64,000 nucleotides of DNA from an uncultured Pseudomonadota bacterium (GCA_963749075.1 CAVVLJ010000022.1:96001-160000); one strand, 5' to 3'. Counted from the first letter of the stretch, positions 1-9,785 are shown. Numbers and translations are program-made. The notes: generated by a model not told the origin, from the letters alone.

Positions 1-384
1 GTTGCCGCGATGCAGAGGATCGGCATGGCGCCGGCGCACCCAGTCTCGGCAGGTCTTGACGGCCATTATGATGCTCTCGGTGCCGCCGGTGCTGAGGTAT
101 CCGGCGGCCTCGCCGGGGGCGTGGAAGAGATCGAGACCGATGTCGACGATGTCCTTCTCCATCTGCCTCAGGCTGGGAAAGGCACGCCTCGCGCCGAGGG
201 CGTTTTCGGTGAAATAGAGATTATAAGCCTGACGGCCGATCTCGGAGACGTCGTCGCTCCCGTTGCGAAAGATGAAGGCCGGCGTCCGGCCGCGGCGCCA
301 ATCGGCGTCGTCGGCCAACAGGGCCTTCAACTCATCCAGGATGTCCTGCGCCTTTCGACCCTCGGCAGGCAACGTCGCTCGCAT
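1..384 (-). CDS. PLP-dependent decarboxylase / sphingosine-1-phosphate-lyase-like protein (5' part only; runs off the window edge)
   Basis: Not in the ORF track. Manual translation from ATG at 384: MRATLPAEGRKAQDILDELKALLADDADWRRGRTPAF...TENALGARRAFPSLRQMEKDIV...GYLSTGGTESIIMAVKTCRDW. The FPSL..ME and TGGTESI motifs are typical of S1P lyase / group II decarboxylases. Confidence 0.8.
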   Translation of the reverse strand, partial: MRATLPAEGRKAQDILDELKALLADDADWRRGRTPAFIFRNGSDDVSEIGRQAYNLYFTENALGARRAFPSLRQMEKDIVDIGLDLFHAPGEAAGYLSTGGTESIIMAVKTCRDWVRRRHADPLHRGN

Positions 385-432
385 GCCTTCCTCCCGGCTC
401 AATGCTCGTCTCTTGTCTCGACTGCGCGATGA

Positions 433-1209
433 TCACTCCGGCAGCAGTTCGACGAGGAGACGCCGCCCGTCCTGCAGATCCTCCTGCACCGCGCGCACCA
501 GGGACTTGGGATCCCTCCGGCGGATGGCGGCGAGCATGTCCGTGTGATGGGCGCCGCCTTTCCACCCGGCATCGTAGTAGGCCGGAAACAGCAAATTCAT
601 CGACGGGCCGACTTGCAGCCAGAGCGTTTCCAGGATTTGCAGCAGGGACGGCATGGCGGCCGCGCCGTAGATCGTAAAATGAAAATCCTCGTTCAGCCGC
701 AGAACCTCCTTCGTCACCCGGCGTCTGTAGGCGTCGCCGTGCGCCTCATAGAGCGCCTGAAGCCTGGCGTATTGCTGTGCCGTGACCTTGCGGCAGCCGG
801 CCTCGGCCGCCAGTCCCTCGAGAGTCAACCGAATGACGCAGAGCTCGTCATAACGGCTCCGCGTCAGGACGGGGACGATCGCGGTCCGGCCCGGGCCTTG
901 GGCCAAGACGCGCTCGGCGACGAGGCGGTTCAAGGCCTCGCGAGCCGGGGTCAGGCTGATCCCGAGCGTCGCCGCGATCTCTCGCGTGGTGAGCCGCTCG
1001 CCCGGCGACAAGAGGCCCCGGCGCAGCGCCGTGCGAAGGCTGCGGCAGGCCTGATCCCCCAAGGTGTCCGAACGCCAGACGGCCTGGAGACGGGACGTGA
1101 GCGCGCGCTTGCCGGAGCGAGGGCCGGCATCCGCCGCGACGTGGCGGTTCCTCGCGCTCTGTCTTTGCGCCGGGCGCCTCACGCCTTCGACCTTCGCTTG
1201 CGTTCCCAT
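433..1209 (-). CDS. GntR family transcriptional regulator (FCD type)
   Basis: wHTH motif PGERLTTREIAATLGISLTPAREALNRL plus an FCD-like C-terminus (NEDFHFTIY, HHTDML). Confidence 0.9.
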   Translation of the reverse strand: MGTQAKVEGVRRPAQRQSARNRHVAADAGPRSGKRALTSRLQAVWRSDTLGDQACRSLRTALRRGLLSPGERLTTREIAATLGISLTPAREALNRLVAERVLAQGPGRTAIVPVLTRSRYDELCVIRLTLEGLAAEAGCRKVTAQQYARLQALYEAHGDAYRRRVTKEVLRLNEDFHFTIYGAAAMPSLLQILETLWLQVGPSMNLLFPAYYDAGWKGGAHHTDMLAAIRRRDPKSLVRAVQEDLQDGRRLLVELLPE

Positions 1210-1250
1210 GGTCTCTCTGCGGGGTACGTCTCAAGATTGACCCTCGAGCT

Positions 1251-1269
1251 TGTTATATGTTATATCACA
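1251..1269. promoter_or_regulatory. Putative GntR operator
   Basis: Near-palindrome TGTTATATGTTATATCACA in the AT-rich gap between the divergent GntR gene and the ABC operon. Confidence 0.55.
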
Positions 1270-1454
1270 GACCGGTCAAATAGCCAGCATTGGCGGCCCC
1301 GACCGAGGGGCCAGCGACCCGCACGAAGCGACATCGACTGCCGGCGTTGGGAGAGGGGCGTGCAGAATTCCGGGAGCCTGTGGCCGGCCCCATGGCAGAG
1401 GCGGCGCGTTCCGCCTCCGGGCGGTAGAGCGCGATCCGGCAGGAAATCCCGCAT

Positions 1455-2258
1455 ATGAGCGCCGCCGCGCTCGCCCGCGCCGAGGCGGCCGCGTCGGGAT
1501 CCGCGATCGAGCTCGTCGAGCTGACAAAGACGTTCTGGCGCGGCGGGCAATCCACCGAGGCGCTTGCCGCCATCGATCTCACGGTCAAGGCAGGCGAGTT
1601 CGTCTGTCTGCTCGGGCCTTCGGGATGCGGCAAATCTACGCTTCTGCACATCGTTGCCGGATTCATAAGGCCCGATCTGGGGCAGGTTCTGATTGACGGC
1701 CGCCCGGCGGCGGGCCCTGGTGCCGACCGATGCATGATCTTCCAGTCTCCGACTTTGTTTCCGTGGCTCAGTACGCGCGACAATATTCTTTTCGGCCCGC
1801 GGGCCCAGGGAAAGGCTCTCGATGAGGCGGGGCAGGAAGCGGACAAGCTGCTGGACTTGGTAGGGCTTGTCGGTTTTGGCGAGCATTATCCGCATCAGCT
1901 TTCCGGCGGCATGCGGCACCGTGCGGCGCTTGCCCGCGCGCTCATCAATCACCCCCGGGTGCTGCTGATGGACGAGCCTTTTGCCGCTCTCGACGCCATC
2001 ACGCGCGCCTCGATGCAAGAATTCCTGCTGGAGCTATGGGAGCGCGAACGAACGACGATCGTCTTTGTGACGCACGATGTCGAGGAAGCGACGCTGCTCG
2101 CGGACAGGGTCTGCATCATGTCGGCGCGGCCTGGCCGCATCATGGCGGCGGCGGAGGTTCTCTTGCCGCGGCCCCGCGGCGAGGCCCTGCGCGATGCGCC
2201 GGAGTTCGTGGCACTCCGGCACCAGATGCGCATGGAGCTGGCGAGGGCGTGCCGATGA
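1455..2258 (+). CDS. ABC transporter ATP-binding protein (TauB/SsuB-like)
   Basis: Walker A GPSGCGKST, signature LSGGMRHR, Walker B LLMDEPF, VTHD. Confidence 0.95.
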   Translation: MSAAALARAEAAASGSAIELVELTKTFWRGGQSTEALAAIDLTVKAGEFVCLLGPSGCGKSTLLHIVAGFIRPDLGQVLIDGRPAAGPGADRCMIFQSPTLFPWLSTRDNILFGPRAQGKALDEAGQEADKLLDLVGLVGFGEHYPHQLSGGMRHRAALARALINHPRVLLMDEPFAALDAITRASMQEFLLELWERERTTIVFVTHDVEEATLLADRVCIMSARPGRIMAAAEVLLPRPRGEALRDAPEFVALRHQMRMELARACR

Positions 2259-3109
2259 CCGATCGGGGCACCGGCGCGGCGGGAGGCGCCGCAACGCCGG
2301 CGCCGCCGGCCGCCGGCTTCCTCTATCGGCACCAGCGATTGCTGTTCTCCGCAGGCAGCGTCTGTCTCGGGGTCGCCCTGTGGCAACTGGCCGCCATGCT
2401 CGTCATCCGTGATCCCGTCCTGCTGCCGACGCCCATCGAGACCGGCGATACTCTGTTGCGGTACCTGCGTACGCCTTATCCGACGGACGGCGAGACGCTC
2501 ATCGGGCATGCAGTCACCAGTTGCCTGCGTATTCTCATCGGCTTCACGATCGGCACGGTCATCGGCATTGCCGTCGGCGCTCTCATGGCAGGGATCCGTC
2601 CTGCCCGCGCCATGATCGATCCTTTCATCGAGATTACGCGCCCGCTGCCGCCGCTCGCTTTCGTCCCGGTGCTGGTCGTTTGGTTCGGCATCGGCGAGAC
2701 GCCCAAGATCGTTCTCATCGCGATAGGCGTCATTCCCGTGATGGCGGTCTCCACCGCAGCCGGGCTCGACCGCGTGTCGGAGGACATGCTGAACGTCGCA
2801 CGCAGCCTCGGTGCGTCGGAAATGCACACGATGCTCCATGTGCGGATCCGCTCCGCCATGCCGAGCATCGTGACCGGGATGCGTCTCGCCATGGGGCTGT
2901 CGTGGACCAGCATCGTTGCCGTCGAAATGATCGCGGCTACCGCAGGACTGGGCTACGTCATCCTGCAGGCCGGGATGTTCTTGAACACCAGCCTGATATT
3001 TGCCGGCATCCTGACGATCGGCGCTCTCGGCATTTTTATCGATGCGCTTCTGCGCCTGCTGCTTCGGCAGCTGGACCCGACCGTGGAGGAAGCGAAATCT
3101 TCGTCGTAA
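2255..3109 (+). CDS. ABC transporter permease (TauC/SsuC-like)
   Basis: ATGA overlap with the ATPase; RPLPPLAFVP, GIGETPK and EAA-loop ARSLGAS motifs; multiple TM helices. Confidence 0.93.
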   Translation: MTDRGTGAAGGAATPAPPAAGFLYRHQRLLFSAGSVCLGVALWQLAAMLVIRDPVLLPTPIETGDTLLRYLRTPYPTDGETLIGHAVTSCLRILIGFTIGTVIGIAVGALMAGIRPARAMIDPFIEITRPLPPLAFVPVLVVWFGIGETPKIVLIAIGVIPVMAVSTAAGLDRVSEDMLNVARSLGASEMHTMLHVRIRSAMPSIVTGMRLAMGLSWTSIVAVEMIAATAGLGYVILQAGMFLNTSLIFAGILTIGALGIFIDALLRLLLRQLDPTVEEAKSSS

Positions 3110-3142
3110 ACCGGAAATCACAGCGCAACGGGAGGACATGTC

Positions 3143-4168
3143 ATGCCAAGGATAAGCAGATGCCATTTCATCGGCGGGATGACGCTGGCGATCGCCTGTC
3201 TTGCGACATTGCGGTGTGCGGCCGCCGGCCAGGTGAATGTATCGACATGGGCGCACGGAGCGCCGCTTCAAGAGGCGGTCATCGCGACCCAGCCGGACTT
3301 GCTCAAAATGATTGCCGGTGAGATCAAATGGCTGCCCATAACGAGCGGTCCGGCGGCGCTCGCGGGCATGAAGGGCGGCGCCTACGCCATCGTCAACGGG
3401 ATCGGCAATCCGCCCGTTACGACGGCGATCGCGAAGGGCATCGATCTGAAGGTGGTGTGGGCGGCATTTTTCGATAACGCCGCCGTGGTCGTCGACCCGA
3501 CCCTCGCCAGCCCTGCGCAGATGGCGGGAAAGACCTTTGGCACGCTGCAAGGCGCCTCGGAGGATTTCGCCTTTCATGGCTGGCTGAAGTCGCAGGGCCT
3601 GGACGGCAAAGTGAAGATCGTCGGGCTCGAGCGGCAGGCAATGGTCGCGGCTTTCAAGACGAGGGCGATTTCGGGGGGCGTCAATTCCGAGCCGGCCCTA
3701 AGCCAGATGGTCGCCGACGGCGGCAAGGTGCTTGCAACCGTAAAGGACATCAGCAAGTTGGGGTATCCCGCGATAGACGTGGTGGCGGTCGATGCCGATT
3801 ATGCCAGCAAGAACCCCGCTGTGGTGCAAGGCTACGTATGCGCGCTCAAGGCTGCTTGGTCGCTGATGAATGGACCCTCCAAGGACGAGGTCTTCCGCAA
3901 AGCATCCGGATTCGTCGGCGCCGATCCCGCCACCGGCACCAAAGTGGGCAAATCCTGGCCGGTGTGGGATCCTAAGGATGAGCTGACGCAACAGGGGCTG
4001 GGCGAGCCCGGCCATATCGCTGACGGCGCCGTCGCACAGGCTTATTTCCGCACCGGCCAGTGGCTCAAAGAGCAAGGCCGCCTGGATAATCCGCCCTCCA
4101 TGGATATGATCGTTGCTCATATCGATATCAGCTACGCGCAAAAGGCGCTGAGCGGCGGCTGCAAGTAA
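3143..4168 (+). CDS. ABC substrate-binding protein (TauA-like)
   Basis: Signal-like N-terminus, GGAGG RBS, TauA-like segment SGPAALAGMKGGAYAIVNGIGNPP, C-terminal YFRTGQWLKEQGRL. Confidence 0.8.
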   Translation: MPRISRCHFIGGMTLAIACLATLRCAAAGQVNVSTWAHGAPLQEAVIATQPDLLKMIAGEIKWLPITSGPAALAGMKGGAYAIVNGIGNPPVTTAIAKGIDLKVVWAAFFDNAAVVVDPTLASPAQMAGKTFGTLQGASEDFAFHGWLKSQGLDGKVKIVGLERQAMVAAFKTRAISGGVNSEPALSQMVADGGKVLATVKDISKLGYPAIDVVAVDADYASKNPAVVQGYVCALKAAWSLMNGPSKDEVFRKASGFVGADPATGTKVGKSWPVWDPKDELTQQGLGEPGHIADGAVAQAYFRTGQWLKEQGRLDNPPSMDMIVAHIDISYAQKALSGGCK

Positions 4169-4206
4169 GCGGCCGCGGTTGGCGAGAGAAGCGCTCCTGG
4201 ATCGCG

Positions 4207-5409
4207 CTATGCGGCGCTGAATGGGCGAAGTGCCGCGATGTCCGGTGCTATGCCGAGACCGGGATCGTCGGAAAGGCGGCAGCGTCCGTCGGCTACGCGC
4301 GCGAGCGCGCCCATCAAGAGCGTGCGCAGCGGGTTGGGATTGGCGTCGATCTCGAGCATTCCGCCGCCGCCGGCCGCGGCGAGGAGGTGCGCCGAGGCGA
4401 GGAGGCCAATGCCGCCGCCGAGATAATGGGGGCAATAGGCAAGGCCGGCGGCGAGCGCGCGGCGCGCCACGGGAAGACAGCCGGAAAAGCCGCCCCATTT
4501 CGCCATGTCCGGCTGCAGCACGGAGAGCGCCTTGAGGCCGATCGCCGCGGCGAAATCCTGCGTGCCGGCGATGTTCTCGCCGGCCGCGAGCGGGATCGCC
4601 GAGCGGTGCGCGAGCTCCGCCCAGACGCCGGGTGCCGCATCGGCCCGCAGCGGCTCCTCGAGCCAGCGCAGCGCAAAGGGAGCCATGCGCTCCGCCATGG
4701 CGAGCGCCTCGTCGAGATCCCAAGCCTGGTTGGCGTCGACCATCAGCGCGGCACCGGCGCCGAGGAGCGCCCGGAGCTCGCCGAGATTGGCCATGTCCCG
4801 CTCCTCGCCGAAGCCGACCTTGAGCTTGAAGGCGCGATAGCCCTCGGCGCATTTCGCCTGGGCGAGCGCCGCGGCGCCGCCGGGATTGATGCCGCTGGCA
4901 TAGACCGACAGAGACGCGTCGCTGCCGCCGAGGAGATGCCAGAGCGGCTCGCCCGCGCGCCGCGCCGCGAGATCCCAAAGGGCCATGTCGAGACCGGCGA
5001 TGCATTGCGCGATGGGGCCCCGCTCGCCCGCCTGGATGGCCAGGATCTCGGTGGCGCGGGTGAGATCGGCGAACACCGCCGGCACGCTCTCGACATTGCG
5101 CCCGATGAGCATCGGCAGGAATACCGTCTCGACCAGCCGGGCGCGATGCTCGGCGCCGCATTCGGGGAAATTGCACCAGACCTCGCCCCAACCGCTGCAC
5201 CCTTCGCCGTCCGCGACGCGCAGCAGGAGCATCGGCCGCCGGCGCATCGTGCCGAAGGAGGTGACGACTGGTGCCGCGTTCGGCGCCCGATAGACGAGCG
5301 CCTCGACCCGCGCGATCCGGAAGGGCTCCGTGCGCGGCGCCGCGTCGAGCCCGCCAGAGGGCGGCCGCTCACTTCTTGAGATCGATTTCGAGATGGATGA
5401 AATCCCCAC
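4207..5409 (-). CDS. Mandelate racemase / muconate lactonizing enzyme family protein (enolase superfamily); start uncertain
   Basis: Motifs GWGE, KLKVG, MVDAN, WLEEP, AAGEN, QPD, CPH. The true start may lie near 5372 (GTG overlapping the GntR stop, in another frame). Confidence 0.88.
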   Translation of the reverse strand: MGISSISKSISRSERPPSGGLDAAPRTEPFRIARVEALVYRAPNAAPVVTSFGTMRRRPMLLLRVADGEGCSGWGEVWCNFPECGAEHRARLVETVFLPMLIGRNVESVPAVFADLTRATEILAIQAGERGPIAQCIAGLDMALWDLAARRAGEPLWHLLGGSDASLSVYASGINPGGAAALAQAKCAEGYRAFKLKVGFGEERDMANLGELRALLGAGAALMVDANQAWDLDEALAMAERMAPFALRWLEEPLRADAAPGVWAELAHRSAIPLAAGENIAGTQDFAAAIGLKALSVLQPDMAKWGGFSGCLPVARRALAAGLAYCPHYLGGGIGLLASAHLLAAAGGGGMLEIDANPNPLRTLLMGALARVADGRCRLSDDPGLGIAPDIAALRPFSAA

Positions 5410-6094
5410 GATAGATGACTTCGCCTAGATAGATCACGGTGCCGTCGGCGCCGGCGAAGACCCGGCGCACATTGGCGACCGGCGAGTTGACGGGGATGCC
5501 GAGGCGCTCGGCCACCTCCATGTCGGCGGTGCCGACGGTCAGCGTCTGAACCGCCTTGGCGATCTCGACGCCGCGCAGGTTGCGCAGCAGCGGGATGACC
5601 GTCTCGTTGCGGAAGCGCGCGGGTGCCAGACGGAACACGCGGCTGTCGAGATAGATGTCGATGATGCAGTAGGGAACGTCGTTGCGGCGATGGACGCGCC
5701 GCATGAACTGATAGCTCGGGGCCGGCACGCCGTCCTTGGGCTGCAGCGGCGGCGCCGCCACGCTTTCGCAGATCAGCAGGAGCTCGGGCTTGGTGTCCTC
5801 ATAGACCTCCGACAGCGCCTCGAGGCTCGTCTCGAGCCGCAGCCAGCGCGTATCCTCCGGCCGCTCGGCCACGAAGGTGCCGCGCCCCTGCTGGCGAACG
5901 ATCAGACCCTCGTCGCTCAGCACGTCCATCGCCTGGCGCACGGTGACGCGCGCGACCCCGAATTCCTCGACGAGATCTTCGAGCGTCGGCAGCTTGTGTC
6001 CGGGCGGCCAGTTGCCGCGGACAAGCCGCTGCCGCATCAGGTCGGTGACCTCGACGTAAAGCGGAATCGACGCTCTCCTGAGCCTGCGCAACAA
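5369..6094 (-). CDS. GntR family regulator (HutC/UTRA type)
   Basis: KLPTLEDLVEEFGVARVTVRQA...QQGRGTFV plus a UTRA-like C-terminus. Confidence 0.93.
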   Translation of the reverse strand: MLRRLRRASIPLYVEVTDLMRQRLVRGNWPPGHKLPTLEDLVEEFGVARVTVRQAMDVLSDEGLIVRQQGRGTFVAERPEDTRWLRLETSLEALSEVYEDTKPELLLICESVAAPPLQPKDGVPAPSYQFMRRVHRRNDVPYCIIDIYLDSRVFRLAPARFRNETVIPLLRNLRGVEIAKAVQTLTVGTADMEVAERLGIPVNSPVANVRRVFAGADGTVIYLGEVIYRGDFIHLEIDLKK

Positions 6095-6119
6095 AGCGGT
6101 TTCCTATAGACCTATCATA

Positions 6120-6134
6120 TGGTTTATAATACCA
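6120..6134. promoter_or_regulatory. Putative HutC-type operator
   Basis: Inverted repeat TGGT-TTATAAT-ACCA in the short divergent intergenic region; overlaps a TATAAT hexamer. Confidence 0.55.
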
Positions 6135-6165
6135 TTAGTTCGGAGCGAAGGGAAGCGAGACGCGC

Positions 6166-6999
6166 ATGGCCGCAGAGTCGAGCGCCGCAGCGGGCGGGGC
6201 GGCCGGTCGGCCGAGCCGGTGGGCAGGGGGCGGCGGCGCCGTATTGCGGCGGGCTGGGCTCCTGCTTCTGCCCTGGCTCGCCGTGCTCGCCCTGTGGTAC
6301 GCGGCGGCGCTCAGCGGCATGGTCAATCCCGGTCTCATCCCGACTCCATTCCAGGTGGCGGCGCGCTTCTGGCAGCTCCTCATGCGCGAGCGCCTGGCGC
6401 TCGACATCCTCATCTCCGCGGCGCGCGTCGCCGTGGGCGTGATCCTAGGTATCGTCTTCGCCGTGCCGGCGGGCTTCGCCGTCGGCTGGTACCGGCACAT
6501 CCGCACCTTCGTCGACCCGCTCATCAACTTCTTTCGCGCGCTGCCGCCGATCGCGCTGATCCCGCTGGTGATCGTCTACTTCGGCATCGGCGAGCTCGCC
6601 AAGGTGATGATCCTCTTCTATGCCTCGTTCTTCGCCGGCGTCATCGTGATGTACGAGGGCATCGGGCAGATCAGCCCGATCTACGTGCGCGTCGCCCGCA
6701 CGCTCGGTGCCACCGACGGCGAGATCTTCGGCAAAGTCATCATCCCCTTGGCCGTGCCGCATATGATAACGGCATTGCGCGTCGCACTCGGAGTGGCGTG
6801 GGCGACGCTCGTCGCGTCCGAGCTCATCGCGGCGCGGCGCGGCCTGGGCGCGGTCATCGAGAACGCCGCCTCCTTCTTCCAGCTCGACACCATCTATGTC
6901 GGCATCATCTGCATCGGCTTCGTAGCACTGGCCATGGATCTGGTGCTGCGCCTGGTGGCCCGGCGGCTGGTCGGCTGGCAGGAGAGGATCGGCGCATGA
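6166..6999 (+). CDS. ABC transporter permease (SsuC/TauC-like)
   Basis: RALPPIALIP, GIGELAK, ARTLGAT, LVASELIAARRGLG. Confidence 0.93.
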   Translation: MAAESSAAAGGAAGRPSRWAGGGGAVLRRAGLLLLPWLAVLALWYAAALSGMVNPGLIPTPFQVAARFWQLLMRERLALDILISAARVAVGVILGIVFAVPAGFAVGWYRHIRTFVDPLINFFRALPPIALIPLVIVYFGIGELAKVMILFYASFFAGVIVMYEGIGQISPIYVRVARTLGATDGEIFGKVIIPLAVPHMITALRVALGVAWATLVASELIAARRGLGAVIENAASFFQLDTIYVGIICIGFVALAMDLVLRLVARRLVGWQERIGA

Positions 7000-7820
7000 G
7001 CCCGCCGGAGAGCGCAGCGGAGCGCCTCGTCTTCAACCGCGTCTCGGTCGATTTCGCGACGCCCTCCGGGACGCTCAGCGTCGTCGAGGACGTGAGCTTC
7101 GGCATCCGCGACCGGGAATTCGTCTCGATCATCGGCCCATCGGGCTGCGGCAAGACGACGATGATGAACATCGTCGCCGGCTTCGTCTCGCCGACGCGCG
7201 GTTCGGTGACGCTCGACGGCAAGCCCGTCGCCGGGCCGGGGCCGGATCGCGGCGTGATCTTCCAGGAGTACGGCGTCTTTCCCTGGCTGACGGTCGAGCA
7301 GAACATCGATTTCGGCATGAAGCTGCGCGCCAACAATCTGAGCCAAGGCGAGCGCCGCGACATCCGCGAACGCTACATGCGGCTTATGGGACTGTCGGAT
7401 TTCGCGAGAGCCTACCCCAAGACGCTCTCGGGCGGCATGCGCCAGCGCCTGGCGATCGCGCGCGCCTATGCGGTGAAGCCGGTATTCCTCCTCATGGACG
7501 AGCCGTTCGGCGCCCTCGACGCGCAGACGCGCAGTGCGATGCAGAACCTGCTCTTGGAGCTGCTGCACCACGAGGGCAAGACGGTGATGCTCATCACGCA
7601 TTCGGTGGAGGAGGCGCTCTACCTCTCCTCGCGCATCGTCGTCGTCACCGCGCGTCCGGCAACGATCCGCACGATCATCGACGTACCTTTCCCCTATCCG
7701 CGCGGGGAGGGGCTCCACGAGACGGAGGCGTTCGGCGAGCTGCGCTCCGAGGTGCGCGATCTCGTCATGCGCGAATACGCCGCCCAACAGCGGCAAAGCC
7801 AGGCGGCAACCGCCGATTGA
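6996..7820 (+). CDS. ABC transporter ATP-binding protein (SsuB/TauB-like)
   Basis: ATGA overlap; GPSGCGKTT, LSGGMRQR, LLMDEPF. Confidence 0.95.
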   Translation: MSPPESAAERLVFNRVSVDFATPSGTLSVVEDVSFGIRDREFVSIIGPSGCGKTTMMNIVAGFVSPTRGSVTLDGKPVAGPGPDRGVIFQEYGVFPWLTVEQNIDFGMKLRANNLSQGERRDIRERYMRLMGLSDFARAYPKTLSGGMRQRLAIARAYAVKPVFLLMDEPFGALDAQTRSAMQNLLLELLHHEGKTVMLITHSVEEALYLSSRIVVVTARPATIRTIIDVPFPYPRGEGLHETEAFGELRSEVRDLVMREYAAQQRQSQAATAD

Positions 7821-7845
7821 GCGGCTCTTTAGGGAGGACGGAAAG

Positions 7846-8856
7846 ATGACCATGAAGCGACGCAGGTTCCTCGCCGGGCTCGGCGCCGGCGCAGCGCTGA
7901 CGGGTGCTGCGGGCTTGCCCATGCCCGCGCTTGCCCAGGCCGGGCGGAAGATCAAGATCGGCTATCTCCACACGCTCGCGGTCGACGGGCAGATTTGGCT
8001 CGGCGAGCACATGGGGACCTTCCGCAAGGAGGGACTCGACGTCGACTGGGCGCGCTTCACCACCGGCCTCGAGCTCTTCCAGGCGATGATCGGCGGCAGC
8101 ATCGACATGCTGGCGACGGGCGCCGTCATTTCCAATTTCCCGGCGCGCGGCCAAGGGAAGGCTTTCCTCATCAACGACATCGAGTTCGCCACGGCCCAGC
8201 TCTGGGTCCGCCCGGATCAGGGCATCCGCGACTTCGCCGATCTCAAGGGCAAGAGGATCTCGACCACGACCGGCACGACCGCGCATGTCTTTCTCGATCT
8301 GGCGCTGCGCAGCCACGGCCTCGGGCCGGATGACGTCGAGATCGTCAACCAGCGCATGCCGGACGCGGTCACGTCCTTCATCTCGGGCGCCGTTCCGGCG
8401 GTGGCGCTCTGGGTCCCGTTCAACATCGCCGTGCGCACGAAGGTCCCCACGGCGAAAATGCTCGTCGACGCTTCGGCCTATTACCCGAAGTCGGCGATCG
8501 TCGACGGCTGGGCGGCACGCAACGACGTGTACGAGAAGGACAAGGCGGTGCTCCGCCAAGTGATCCGCGCGTGGATACCCGCCAACGACTTCCTGGTGAC
8601 GCAGCCTGACGCGGCGCTCGAGATCATACAGAGCAACTATTACAAGGACGTGCCGCTGCCCGATCTCAAGGAGCAGTACAAGGCGGAGAAGACCTTCACC
8701 GCCGTGGCGTGGCGCAGGCTCTATGCCGACGGCACCGTGACCAAATGGCTCGATCAGGTCACCGACTTTTTCGTGAGGACGGGCGGCATCAGCTCTCCAG
8801 TGCACGCCGGACAATATTTCGATCCGAGCCTCTATCTCGGCCTCGTCAAGGCGTGA
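7846..8856 (+). CDS. ABC substrate-binding protein (SsuA/NMT1-like, Tat signal)
   Basis: MKRRRFL twin-arginine leader; FRKEGLDV, FTTGLELFQAMIGGSID, DLKGKRI. Confidence 0.88.
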   Translation: MTMKRRRFLAGLGAGAALTGAAGLPMPALAQAGRKIKIGYLHTLAVDGQIWLGEHMGTFRKEGLDVDWARFTTGLELFQAMIGGSIDMLATGAVISNFPARGQGKAFLINDIEFATAQLWVRPDQGIRDFADLKGKRISTTTGTTAHVFLDLALRSHGLGPDDVEIVNQRMPDAVTSFISGAVPAVALWVPFNIAVRTKVPTAKMLVDASAYYPKSAIVDGWAARNDVYEKDKAVLRQVIRAWIPANDFLVTQPDAALEIIQSNYYKDVPLPDLKEQYKAEKTFTAVAWRRLYADGTVTKWLDQVTDFFVRTGGISSPVHAGQYFDPSLYLGLVKA

Positions 8857-8909
8857 TGCCGGAGCGGACGATCGCCCCGGCCAAGCCGCAGGAGCGCAAG
8901 GAGGACATC

Positions 8910-9785
8910 GTGGACGTGGGCTTCGTGGGGCTGGGGACGATGGGCAACCCGATGGCGCGCAACCTGCTCAAGGGCGGCTTCGCGCTGCGCGTCTTCGATA
9001 TCGACCCCGCGGCCGTCGCGGCTCTTGCCGCCGCCGGTGCGAAACCGGCGCTCTCGGCCGCGGAGGCGGCCCGCGCCGCCGAGGTCCTCGTCACCATGTT
9101 GCCCAACGGCGAGCATGTGGAGGCAGCACTCTTCGGCGCCCGTGGCGCCGCCGAGACGCTGCCGCGCGGCAGCCTCGTCATCGAGATGAGCACGATAGCA
9201 CCTTCCGCCACCGATCGCATCGCGCGCCGCCTCGCCGAGCAAGGCGTCCGCATGGTCGACGCGCCGGTCGGGCGCTCATCGCAACATGCCGTCGACGGCA
9301 AGTTGCTGATCATGGCCGGCGGCAGCGACGCCGATGTCGAACGCGCGCGGCCGCTCCTCGAAAAGCTGGGCGACACCATCGTGCATTGCGGTCCCGTCGG
9401 CAGCGGCGCACGGACGAAGATCGTCAACAACTACATGTCCATCACGCTCAACGCCACGACGGCCGAGGCGCTGACGCTTGCCGAAGCCAGCGGCCTCGAT
9501 CCGGCGCTCGCGCGCCAGGTCATGCTCGGGACCGTGGCGGGCCAGGGGCACATGGGCACGACCTATCCCGCGAAGGTGCTCAAGGGCGACCTCAAGCCGG
9601 GCTTCATGGTCGACCTCGCCCATAAGGATCTGGGACTGGCGCTCGAGCTCGCGGCGCAGCTCGGCCTCACGCTGCCGACCGGCACCGCCGCCAAGTCCGC
9701 CTATGAGAGCGCCCGCGAGGCGGGACACGGCCGGGACGACTGGACCGCCCTCTACGCGGTCGCCCGAGAGAGGATCAGGCGCTAG
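8910..9785 (+). CDS. yihU: Sulfolactaldehyde 3-reductase-like (beta-hydroxyacid dehydrogenase family)
   Basis: GTG start after AGGAGG (alternative ATG at 8856). GFVGLGTMG, TMLPNG, DAPVGRS, KIVNNYMSI and KVLKGDLKPGFMVDLAHKDLG closely match E. coli YihU as recalled. Confidence 0.78.
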   Translation: MDVGFVGLGTMGNPMARNLLKGGFALRVFDIDPAAVAALAAAGAKPALSAAEAARAAEVLVTMLPNGEHVEAALFGARGAAETLPRGSLVIEMSTIAPSATDRIARRLAEQGVRMVDAPVGRSSQHAVDGKLLIMAGGSDADVERARPLLEKLGDTIVHCGPVGSGARTKIVNNYMSITLNATTAEALTLAEASGLDPALARQVMLGTVAGQGHMGTTYPAKVLKGDLKPGFMVDLAHKDLGLALELAAQLGLTLPTGTAAKSAYESAREAGHGRDDWTALYAVARERIRR

